Positions 7,719 to 14,927 of a stretch of 44,447 nucleotides of DNA are shown here, in pieces. How positions within the stretch are numbered: the stretch's first letter is position 1; each line of letters opens with the position of its first letter. The DNA is taken from contig JBCCDM010000001.1 in assembly GCA_039030795.1 (NCBI GenBank), forward strand, positions 1 to 44,447, in the 5' to 3' direction. The notes below the pieces were generated by a model. That model saw nothing but the letters and a program-made list of their open reading frames with translations, had not been told where the DNA came from and did not search any database. Both the position numbers and the translations under genes were made by a program. Origin of the DNA: Cyanobacteria bacterium P01_A01_bin.84. Lineage in GTDB: Bacteria; Cyanobacteriota; Cyanobacteriia; Cyanobacteriales; Nostocaceae.

Positions 7719-8498
7719 ATGAGTACCAAAATAATCGCAATATTCAATATCGCCGGTGGAGTGGCTAAATCCACCATTGCCCATAACCTCAGCTACCACT
7801 TAGCAAAACATTCCAAAGTTCTTACAATTGATATGGACCAGCAAGGAAGCCTCACTCGTTTCATGGGACTACAACCCCAAAGCTTGGAACCAGAAGAAAC
7901 TGTATATACCAGTGTAGTCAGCAGTCCTGCCGAAGCACCCCCACTCCCTATCTGGCAAGAATCAATATATGGTGTAGACCTCGTTCCTGGCAACATGACC
8001 CTATCTTCACTTGACGAAAAAATAAAAGATTCAGGACTTGACCACCATCAAGCCCGTTTGAGAACTGCAATCAATAATCTAGAGAAAGAATACGATTACA
8101 TTATTATCGATTGCCCTCCGAACAAAGGCATCCACAGTATGCTTGCTTTATTCGCTGCAACTCACGTACTTGTACCTATTCAATGTCACGTTAAATCATA
8201 TTCTGGAGCAGTCGAAATTACTAAAACTCTCAAAGAAGTAATTAAATCTGGACATAAAATTAAAATAGCAGGATTTATTCCCAGTATCTATTCTAAAGGA
8301 ACCCGCCTAGAATCGAGCTTCCTAGAAAAATTAAAAGACGACACTCAAGGCAGCATTCATGTTACCCATCCAATTCCTCGCACTGTAGCAATCCCTGAAT
8401 CTCAATCAATGGGAAAACCTTTAGCAATCCATAAACCCAACAATGGAGCAGTAGGAGTTTTAGAAGAAATCAGTTCCTATATCGCAAGCTTAAATTAA
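7719..8498 (+). CDS. parA: ParA/Soj-family partition ATPase with a deviant Walker A
   Basis: The P-loop is IFNIAGGVAKST (canonical is KGGVGKTT). Walker B is YIIIDCPP. Size (259 aa) and position directly upstream of parB also fit. Confidence 0.8.
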   Translation: MSTKIIAIFNIAGGVAKSTIAHNLSYHLAKHSKVLTIDMDQQGSLTRFMGLQPQSLEPEETVYTSVVSSPAEAPPLPIWQESIYGVDLVPGNMTLSSLDEKIKDSGLDHHQARLRTAINNLEKEYDYIIIDCPPNKGIHSMLALFAATHVLVPIQCHVKSYSGAVEITKTLKEVIKSGHKIKIAGFIPSIYSKGTRLESSFLEKLKDDTQGSIHVTHPIPRTVAIPESQSMGKPLAIHKPNNGAVGVLEEISSYIASLN

Positions 8499-8501
8499 AT
8501 C

Positions 8502-9494
8502 ATGCCTAAGAAAAAAGAAGATTTCACTAATGGGGTCAGTCTCAAGGATAGTTTACTTGATTTCAAGGAGACTGAAGAACTTATAGCGACTCAAAGCGAA
8601 ATAGTCAATATATCTCTCGATAACGTAGTATTACCACCGAAGCAAGCCCGTAGGTACTTTGACGAATCAAAGTTAAAAACCCTTGCTGACAATATTAAAA
8701 AAGTAGGTCTACTCCAATTCCCCGTAATTCGCAAGCGTAGTGATGGCAAGTTCGACCTCATAGCAGGCGAACGCCGTGTTAGAGCAGGAAAAATAGCAGA
8801 ACTTAGCACTATAACCTGCCGAATTATCGAATGCGACGATAAAACTGCTAAAGAAATTCAGCTAGTAGAAAATCTTAAGCGAGAAGATTTAAATGCATGG
8901 GAGGAAACTCGTGCTATTATGGACTTGCTCTGTACCGAATTAGACATTGAAGAGAGAGAAGTTAAGCAACTTCTCAGTCGCATGAATAACGAGCAATCCG
9001 GTAGGGCAAGCAAGCTAACAAGAATTCAAAACGAAGATAATAGTAATCATAACGTTATGCTTACTGAGCGAATTAATACCATAAAAGCATTATTTGATAG
9101 CATGGGATTAATGACTTGGGAAAGCTACGTCAAAAACAGGCTTCCTCTGCTTAATCTCTATGAAGATGTAACGGAAAATCTCGCAACCGGAAAAATTGAA
9201 TATACCAAAGCAAAAGTAATCAATAAAATTAAAGATGATGCAAAAAGAATAGAAATACTCAACAAGGCCGTTACGCAAAAACTTTCATTAGAACAAATTA
9301 AAGCAATCGTTCCTAAGCCAATAATTCAAACAAACGAATCTGAATTCAAGCAAGCAAAGAAAAGAGTAGCGAATATCGGCAAGAAAATTAATGCGAAACT
9401 CTGGAAAGATACTGATAGGGCATTAGAAATAGATTCGCTTATATCGCAATTAGAAAAATTGTTGGAAGAAGATTCCTCAATTTCCACCGACTGA
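8502..9494 (+). CDS. parB: ParB-family partition / DNA-binding protein
   Basis: The ParB N-terminal domain box is DLIAGERRVRAGKIA, with upstream LPPKQARRYFD. It lies 4 nt after parA. Confidence 0.8.
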   Translation: MPKKKEDFTNGVSLKDSLLDFKETEELIATQSEIVNISLDNVVLPPKQARRYFDESKLKTLADNIKKVGLLQFPVIRKRSDGKFDLIAGERRVRAGKIAELSTITCRIIECDDKTAKEIQLVENLKREDLNAWEETRAIMDLLCTELDIEEREVKQLLSRMNNEQSGRASKLTRIQNEDNSNHNVMLTERINTIKALFDSMGLMTWESYVKNRLPLLNLYEDVTENLATGKIEYTKAKVINKIKDDAKRIEILNKAVTQKLSLEQIKAIVPKPIIQTNESEFKQAKKRVANIGKKINAKLWKDTDRALEIDSLISQLEKLLEEDSSISTD

Positions 9495-9497
9495 ATT

Positions 9498-9526
9498 AAA
9501 AAAGCTTCGCTTAAGATAATTGATGA
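9498..9526 (+). promoter_or_regulatory. conserved upstream motif copy 3 (AAAAAAGCTTCGCTTAAGATAATTGATGA)
   Basis: Motif copy immediately upstream of the ATG at 9541. Confidence 0.4.
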
Positions 9527-9540
9527 TTATCAAGTATCTT

Positions 9541-9825
9541 ATGAGCGACACAACTTTAAAGCAAGTTCACGAAATTGTTGGAGAAAATATACCAGAAGCT
9601 GTTTACAAAAATGCTCTTTTCTCATGGAAAATGTACACTAAAAGAGAACCCAGACAGCCTTTTATTGTTTGTGAATACGAAGCATTTCAACAATTATCTA
9701 GCCACTTTAACGCGAAACTAAATCACGTTAAAGCAGTATGTCGTAATGTTCCATATGCTTGTTTTGAGCTAATAGCCTTAAAAGAAGAATTAGCTCAAAA
9801 CAAGCAATTATCAGAATCAATATAG
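9541..9825 (+). CDS. hypothetical protein
   Basis: 94 aa from ATG 9541 (MSDTTLKQVHEIV..). The 9520 TTG-type start would overlap the motif. Confidence 0.45.
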   Translation: MSDTTLKQVHEIVGENIPEAVYKNALFSWKMYTKREPRQPFIVCEYEAFQQLSSHFNAKLNHVKAVCRNVPYACFELIALKEELAQNKQLSESI

Positions 9826-9923
9826 CCGTTTTCAGTTGAATGCAATACAAATGAAATTGCTGAGAATCTGATGGACAGGGATGTCCATCCCACAAGAGTG
9901 TATTATACTCAACCGAAAACCGC
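9825..9923 (+). other. imperfect inverted repeat enclosing a perfect 8-bp hairpin (structured element or terminator)
   Basis: GCCGTTTTCAGTTGA (9825-9839) pairs with TCAACCGAAAACCGC (9909-9923). The inner hairpin is GATGGACA-ggga-TGTCCATC (9870-9889). Confidence 0.35.
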
Positions 9924-10062
9924 TATATAAACAATTTCATACCACAGACAGCGTTTTCGTTAATTTGGAGGCGTTATTTTTTTATCACAACAATATTTAA
10001 TCAAGAATTAGAATAAAAAATTTCATTAAAAAAGCGGAAATTAAAAAATTGATTATTGTGTT

Positions 10063-10500
10063 ATGAGCAATATATTAAAAGTTAGACAGCTACCTCGGTC
10101 TTTTGTAGTCAACAATATGATGATAAACGGACGTTTAGGTGGTAATCCAGAGCGTAAAGAATTTGAATCAGGAACTGTGAAATACAAGTGTTCCGCTGCA
10201 TTCGGAAGAGATAAGCAAGGAGAAACCATGTGGATTGCTTGCGAAGCATGGGGAAATATGAGCGCTTATGGAGAAAAAGGAGTCGGTTCCATCATTGGGC
10301 GCTATGTAGGAAAAGGTCAGATGATGGAAGCATCTGGTCAATTACAAATACAAAACTGGAACGACAGGAACACGGGAGAACGTCGTGCAGCATCTGTATT
10401 AAAAGTAGTCAACGTCAGATTAGTTGAATCCAAAGCTAAACAAGAACAAACAACTCCCATCAATCAGCAAACAGTAAGTCAAATTAAGGAGAAGTTTTAG
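10063..10500 (+). CDS. ssb: single-stranded DNA-binding protein (OB fold) lacking the acidic C-terminal tip
   Basis: The pattern INGRLGGNPERKEFESGTVKYKCSAAF ... WIACEAWGN.. ..GKGQMMEASGQLQIQNWNDRNTGERR matches the SSB OB-fold. It ends ..QIKEKF without a DDxIPF-type tail. Confidence 0.65.
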   Translation: MSNILKVRQLPRSFVVNNMMINGRLGGNPERKEFESGTVKYKCSAAFGRDKQGETMWIACEAWGNMSAYGEKGVGSIIGRYVGKGQMMEASGQLQIQNWNDRNTGERRAASVLKVVNVRLVESKAKQEQTTPINQQTVSQIKEKF

Positions 10501-10502
10501 TT

Positions 10503-10919
10503 ATGGCTCAAATATCATTATCAATATCAATCCTTAAAAAGCAATTTTCTTCAAGTAGCGATACTAATTCCCATGTATCCGGGGTTGCTGAATTCTACCA
10601 GTACGATAACCAGGAAAAAGACCTGGTTTCAAAACCTATTGAATTCCGTGCAAGTGGATTGAGTGCATCTACAATCGCAGCACTGCCTGAATTAACATTC
10701 GGTACGGCAGTTGGTAATCTTGAAGTCGAAACCCGTAATCTAAATCGGGTTCCCGTAATCAATATAAGTGCGTTTGTGCCTACAGACCTAGACTATTTGC
10801 TCAATATCACTGGTGTAGAAGCCGAAAATGAAGACGAATACCCAGCAATAGAACCACCCCAAAGCGGAGTAGTTCTTCATGATGTAGAAGAAGAATCTGA
10901 AGAAGTTCCGCCATTCTAG
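10503..10919 (+). CDS. hypothetical protein ending in an SSB-like acidic tail (EEESEEVPPF)
   Basis: 138 aa, starting 3 nt after ssb. The C-terminal acidic run ending in PPF resembles the SSB C-terminal protein-interaction tip. Confidence 0.45.
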   Translation: MAQISLSISILKKQFSSSSDTNSHVSGVAEFYQYDNQEKDLVSKPIEFRASGLSASTIAALPELTFGTAVGNLEVETRNLNRVPVINISAFVPTDLDYLLNITGVEAENEDEYPAIEPPQSGVVLHDVEEESEEVPPF

Positions 10920-10962
10920 ATAAAGAAGAAAACTTTTTGCAAATAAATTAAGGCTTGGATAC

Positions 10963-10998
10963 AACCTGCTTGCAAGAGCAGGTTTTTTCTTTTTTTTT
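10963..10998 (+). terminator. intrinsic terminator
   Basis: AACCTGCT-tgcaag-AGCAGGTT perfect stem followed by a long T-run. Confidence 0.75.
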
Positions 10999-11010
10999 AA
11001 AGCAATAAAA

Positions 11011-11095
11011 TCCTGCGGAAACCCACCGCAAAGTAGCCCCTCTTCAAGTTACTTACTCCTAAAAAAGCTTCGCTTGAAAAAAGTGAATCACAACA
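11011..11095 (+). repeat. 85-bp intergenic direct repeat, copy A (contains motif copy 4)
   Basis: tcctgcggaaacccaccgcaaagtagcccctcttcaagttacttactcctaaaaaagcttcgcttgaaaaaagtgaatca. It is closely similar by eye to 11861..11945. Confidence 0.7.
11061..11090 (+). promoter_or_regulatory. conserved upstream motif copy 4 (AAAAAAGCTTCGCTTGAAAAAAGTGAATCA)
   Basis: It lies ~25 nt upstream of a GGAG ribosome-binding site and ATG 11113. Confidence 0.45.
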
Positions 11096-11112
11096 AATTT
11101 GGAGTCAAATCA

Positions 11113-11268
11113 ATGTTAACCTCTACCAAAAATAAAATCGCTTTAACTGCAGTTCTTATCATCAATTTTGCAATGACTAGTGGAGTTCTCGCTTCATTAT
11201 CGTTAGAAAGCAAAGCTACTACAAACTGCACAGCCGTCGGAAACTGCAACCACGGCAGACCCTACTAA
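11113..11268 (+). CDS. small secreted peptide (signal peptide plus two-Cys C-terminus)
   Basis: 51 aa from ATG 11113 with GGAG 8 nt upstream. The hydrophobic N-terminus is IALTAVLIINFAMTSGVLA. The mature part, ..NCTAVGNCNHGRPY, shares a C-x2-VGN-C motif with 11959..12144. Confidence 0.45.
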   Translation: MLTSTKNKIALTAVLIINFAMTSGVLASLSLESKATTNCTAVGNCNHGRPY

Positions 11269-11272
11269 GAAC

Positions 11273-11312
11273 AATGAATGCTGCTCAACGAGTAGCATTC
11301 ATTATTTCTTCA
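11273..11312 (+). terminator. candidate intrinsic terminator
   Basis: AATGAATGCT-(11 nt)-AGCATTCATT perfect 10-bp stem followed by a T-rich tract. Confidence 0.5.
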
Positions 11313-11364
11313 GAACGTTCCGAAAATACGTATCTCAATCTTTGTAAATAATCCAATCTTCAAT

Positions 11365-11393
11365 AAAAAAGCTTCGCTTAGAAAAGATGAAAT
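11365..11393 (+). promoter_or_regulatory. conserved upstream motif copy 5 (AAAAAAGCTTCGCTTAGAAAAGATGAAAT)
   Basis: It lies upstream of GGAG and ATG 11418. Confidence 0.45.
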
Positions 11394-11417
11394 TTAAAAT
11401 CAAAATTGGAGATAACC

Positions 11418-11795
11418 ATGTTTGACTTAAACGTGAACGGTACTGTTGTTGTTGGCTATTCCACATCAAAAGTAGTAGGCGACCGTAAAGTCCACGAGCT
11501 TTCTGTAGCAATCAAGTACCATTCAAAGGGTAACGAAGTTACCGAATGGATTCCTGCAAAGTACTGGACACGCGCTGGTTCAAAACTAGTAATTCCTAAA
11601 GGAACAACTTTAAGAATTACAGGTGATTTACGAACCAGCACTTGGAAAAGAGAAGACGGAACTACTGCGAAAGAAGTTTACGTATCCATCAAGAAGCTCG
11701 ACGTTATCAAATGGGGTAAGCCAGAAGAACCCAAACCTGAAGAACCTAAAGTTCAGCTTCTAGACCAACACGGTCAAGCTCTCGTTGCAATCTAA
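11418..11795 (+). CDS. second SSB-like OB-fold protein
   Basis: 125 aa from ATG 11418. The pattern NVNGTVVVGYS..KVHELSVAIKY...EWIPAKYWTRAGS..IPKGTTLRITGDLRTSTWKREDGTTAKEVYV matches an SSB-type OB fold. It has a Pro/Glu-rich tail. Confidence 0.5.
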   Translation: MFDLNVNGTVVVGYSTSKVVGDRKVHELSVAIKYHSKGNEVTEWIPAKYWTRAGSKLVIPKGTTLRITGDLRTSTWKREDGTTAKEVYVSIKKLDVIKWGKPEEPKPEEPKVQLLDQHGQALVAI

Positions 11796-11806
11796 ACAAA
11801 ATAAAA

Positions 11807-11842
11807 GGCTTATTCCAAAAGAATAAGTCTTTTATTCTTTTC
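11807..11842 (+). terminator. intrinsic terminator
   Basis: GGCTTATTC-caaaa-GAATAAGTC stem followed by a T-rich run. Confidence 0.6.
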
Positions 11843-11860
11843 TCCGCAAACCCAATAAGA

Positions 11861-11945
11861 GCCTACGGAAAATCACCGCAAAATAGCTCCTTATCAAGTT
11901 ACTTACTCCTAAAAAAGCTTCGCTTGAAAAAGGTGAATCATAATA
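11861..11945 (+). repeat. 85-bp intergenic direct repeat, copy B (contains motif copy 6)
   Basis: gcctacggaaaatcaccgcaaaatagctccttatcaagttacttactcctaaaaaagcttcgcttgaaaaaggtgaatca. It lies exactly 850 bp downstream of copy A. Confidence 0.7.
11911..11940 (+). promoter_or_regulatory. conserved upstream motif copy 6 (AAAAAAGCTTCGCTTGAAAAAGGTGAATCA)
   Basis: It lies upstream of AGGAG and ATG 11959. Confidence 0.45.
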
Positions 11946-11958
11946 GGAGTCAAGTCAA

Positions 11959-12144
11959 ATGAAATTTGCAATCGCATTGTTAGCAGTTACAACTATCGGA
12001 ACCATCACAGCAATTAATATTACACCTGCGTGCGGCACAGTAGGAAACCCTTGCAAAAGACTCGCTGAAGGAGAACCAGCTTGCGAGATGCTTGGCGGTG
12101 AATGGAACGAAAAGAGAAATTGCTGCAACATTAGCAAAAATTAG
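11959..12144 (+). CDS. small secreted Cys-rich peptide (6 Cys)
   Basis: The signal-like N-terminus is MKFAIALLAVTTIGTITA. The mature region, ACGTVGNPCKRLAEGEPACEMLGGEWNEKRNCCNISKN, is a paralog of the 11113 peptide. Confidence 0.5.
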   Translation: MKFAIALLAVTTIGTITAINITPACGTVGNPCKRLAEGEPACEMLGGEWNEKRNCCNISKN

Positions 12145-12153
12145 ATAGAGTTA

Positions 12154-12182
12154 GCCCCTCTCTGGGGCAACTTTATTTTTTC
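12154..12182 (+). terminator. candidate intrinsic terminator
   Basis: GCCCC-tctct-GGGGC followed by aacTTTATTTTTT. Confidence 0.5.
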
Positions 12183-12272
12183 TTCTCGCTCAAGCTAGAA
12201 GAACCTTCGGAAAATCAATTTCAATCGATAATAGGGAGGTGACAAACCTCCTTATTATTTTTTTCACCACAA

Positions 12273-13028
12273 ATGACAACATTAACAGAGACAGAAGCAC
12301 AAGTAGTAGTTAATAGCGGCATAGTTGATATAGATTTCGCACTATGGGTATTAATCCAACATGGATTACACGCATCACCATTTGATAAACACACTCAATT
12401 AAACGGAATACTTCAGGATAATGGAATAGACGCTTCCACCTGGTATGGGTGGTTAAAGTTAATCCTCATCAACCAAGATGATAGATTATCTTGGCATGTA
12501 GACAATATTCAAGAAGAAGCGCACAGAAGAACTGAATCCGACCGCTTAAAGCAAACACTCACTAACGATAATAATTTTTTTGATGAGCTATGGCACTCAT
12601 CCCGAGAAAGAGAGCATCGCAATCAACTTCAGATGCAAGAACAAAATTATAGAGAAGCAATTGCAGATTATCCAGGATTAGATGTAGCAACCATATATAA
12701 TTCAACTCCTCCACAATTATGGCAAAGTAATCAGCAATCACAAGCCATCATTAATCAAATGTGGGATGAATTTAATGTAAACTATCGCTCTAATTCCCAT
12801 ATCGATAATTACTTTACTAGCAACATAATGGAACAAATGCAATCGCAGACGGAGATAGATAATATTGCATCTGGATATCGCAAGATTTACCTAACACCTT
12901 ATGTAGCAGAAGTAGAGCTAATAGTACCACCCATCACTATCATAATCACGGTCAAAGATACACCAATCAACGCTCAACAATTAAACCAGCGAATGATTAA
13001 TACAGTACGGAAACTAGAAGCAAGCTAA
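12273..13028 (+). CDS. hypothetical protein
   Basis: 251-codon ORF, convergent with and overlapping the parM-like gene by 4 nt. Gln/Asn-rich. No family recognised. Confidence 0.5.
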   Translation: MTTLTETEAQVVVNSGIVDIDFALWVLIQHGLHASPFDKHTQLNGILQDNGIDASTWYGWLKLILINQDDRLSWHVDNIQEEAHRRTESDRLKQTLTNDNNFFDELWHSSREREHRNQLQMQEQNYREAIADYPGLDVATIYNSTPPQLWQSNQQSQAIINQMWDEFNVNYRSNSHIDNYFTSNIMEQMQSQTEIDNIASGYRKIYLTPYVAEVELIVPPITIIITVKDTPINAQQLNQRMINTVRKLEAS

Positions 13029-14146
13029 CCTACAATCTGGGCTTGACGCTCAAAACCAGTTATTCTATCCACCCCCCGAACAAAGGTTTCATGCATGGCG
13101 TAGCAATCAGCTAATCTATAGTCTAGGTCATGCTTATCAATAAATTCGGGTACTTCTACTCCCCCATCCCAAACTATTTCTATTCCTTCTTTATCAAAGT
13201 AACGCTCTAGGTAAGGTTTTACCAAATAAGCAGTACCACCACATAACAGCACCTCGTCGCATTCATCCAAGCTATCCGAGATAAACCTAACCAAAGCACG
13301 GGAGTATTCATCGAATAATACTCCCATCACTTCATCAAATATCTTGGCATCAGCAACCTTATCCTTACGTTCGCTCTTTCTAGATAAACCAACCAGAGCA
13401 TCTTTATCACCGTGCTGGTAAGCATCAACCAAGGCTTTAACTATCTTAGGTGTAGCAGAAGCAGACAAACCAACCGCACTACGGTCGATAAATCGAGATA
13501 CCATCCAATTCATCCCCAAATCAGATGTTGGACTAACAACTGGCACACCATTCTCAAATGCTAAAGCACTTGCATTGCGATAACCAACCATAGCCATCAC
13601 TACATTACGCTTAGACCATTTATCCTTACCCAATTCCTTAATCCGATAACCTAGCACGCCAGAACCTTCAACCGCTGTTTTAAATCCAGCAAGCTGCACT
13701 TTAAAGTTACCGTGGGATGATTGAATACCACCCCTACAAGCTAGCGTTATCTCTTTGCTTAACTTATCCCCATCGCTTATCTCCCCCGATGGCAACAAAC
13801 ACACCATATATATCTTGACTTCGGTTAAATTATGCCTTTTCATAGCAGCAGCTATCAATCCCAACAACTTAGGAACCGCTATCTCATACTTAAGCTTTTT
13901 TAGAGAACTTGTACCCGCAAATTCCTTTACCGACAAATCCCCTAATACAAAATACTCGTTCTTGTAAGCCACCCAAATCCCCGACTTTATGGGAACATCC
14001 GAGAATTTTCCTTCTACTGACTTCCTACCAACATCGGCAATCGCACTCCCCATAATCATAGAAGCACTCTTTTCTCTGGGATACTCTTTTACTATCGCTT
14101 TGGTTAAACTACCGCCCAAGTCGCAAGTTAATGTTAATGTTTTCAC
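13025..14146 (-). CDS. ParM/Alp-like actin-fold ATPase (plasmid segregation candidate)
   Basis: Phosphate-1 is LTCDLGGSLTK, there is a VEGSGVLGY segment (cf. PEG.GA), and the adenosine motif is VLLCGGTAYL. The expected phosphate-2 DxGxxT reads AMVGYRNAS, so the domain may be divergent. Confidence 0.6.
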   Translation of the reverse strand: MKTLTLTCDLGGSLTKAIVKEYPREKSASMIMGSAIADVGRKSVEGKFSDVPIKSGIWVAYKNEYFVLGDLSVKEFAGTSSLKKLKYEIAVPKLLGLIAAAMKRHNLTEVKIYMVCLLPSGEISDGDKLSKEITLACRGGIQSSHGNFKVQLAGFKTAVEGSGVLGYRIKELGKDKWSKRNVVMAMVGYRNASALAFENGVPVVSPTSDLGMNWMVSRFIDRSAVGLSASATPKIVKALVDAYQHGDKDALVGLSRKSERKDKVADAKIFDEVMGVLFDEYSRALVRFISDSLDECDEVLLCGGTAYLVKPYLERYFDKEGIEIVWDGGVEVPEFIDKHDLDYRLADCYAMHETFVRGVDRITGFERQAQIVG

Positions 14147-14184
14147 TGTTATTAGTTGATATTTAAGAATTTTAATTTGTAAAA

Positions 14185-14616
14185 CTAACTTAGCTGAGTT
14201 AAAAGATTTTGAGTTAAATCAAATTCATCACCCAAATCAATATCTAGGTTTTCTTCAATCTTCTCTTCAACCACCTCTTCTTCTTTATCTTCTGTTGTAG
14301 TTGGTACCGATGTTGTTACACCTGTAGGAATTGAGTAAGCCATCTGCATTTGCGGAGCAATACCAAACTTATCTTCAATCAAAGCTATTTGCCCCTTTAA
14401 TTCAGCAATCGCCCATATAGCAGCATCTCTTACCCTCTCTTTAGATGCTCTAGAATAGTGCAAACCAAAAGGCAACCATGCCATTCTCAATGTTCTAATT
14501 AATGTTTCTACTAATCCTAAATTGGGTACAACCCCATCGCTTCCCAAATAAGAAATTATTGCACCATCATCACCAGTCCTACATATCTTAGGAATGGTAT
14601 ACATCTTTTTCCGCAT
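14185..14616 (-). CDS. hypothetical protein with an acidic C-terminus, first gene of the parM-like operon
   Basis: 143 aa, ending 38 nt upstream of the parM-like start. It could be the adaptor (ParR-like) but no motif supports that. Confidence 0.45.
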   Translation of the reverse strand: MRKKMYTIPKICRTGDDGAIISYLGSDGVVPNLGLVETLIRTLRMAWLPFGLHYSRASKERVRDAAIWAIAELKGQIALIEDKFGIAPQMQMAYSIPTGVTTSVPTTTEDKEEEVVEEKIEENLDIDLGDEFDLTQNLLTQLS

Positions 14617-14763
14617 TATTTATCCTTACCTAAATTCTATTTTTTATATCCTCTATAACTCGCTTCTATTCAACTAAAATCACACTTTTATATAACTACT
14701 AGCCATATCTAAATGTATTAAGATAGCAGTTTTACCTATTTATCTATAGTTAATAAAATATCG

Positions 14764-14927
14764 AAATATCACATACAATACTCCATTCGACAATCAAATA
14801 TCCCCCATACGAATATCATCAAATACAACTATAAATATCTGCAATTATCCCTTCAAATATCATTACAAACAAATAGTAAATACCATCAAGTACTACCATA
14901 ATTTCAATTACGTAGAGGCGCAATATC
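14764..14927. repeat. six dispersed (A/G/C)AATATC repeats upstream of the parM-like operon (candidate centromere or operator)
   Basis: Copies start at 14764, 14796, 14811, 14833, 14855 and 14921. Spacings of 32, 22, 22 and 66 bp are near multiples of a helical turn. Confidence 0.35.

Noticed and set aside
9825-9923. Possible tRNA-like structure
   Set aside because: It has no T-loop (GTTCRANY) or D-loop consensus and no cloverleaf. It is kept only as a generic structured element.
10230-10427. 65-aa alternative-frame ORF inside ssb
   Set aside because: It lies entirely within the well-supported SSB frame and its composition is Arg/Ser/Cys-rich.
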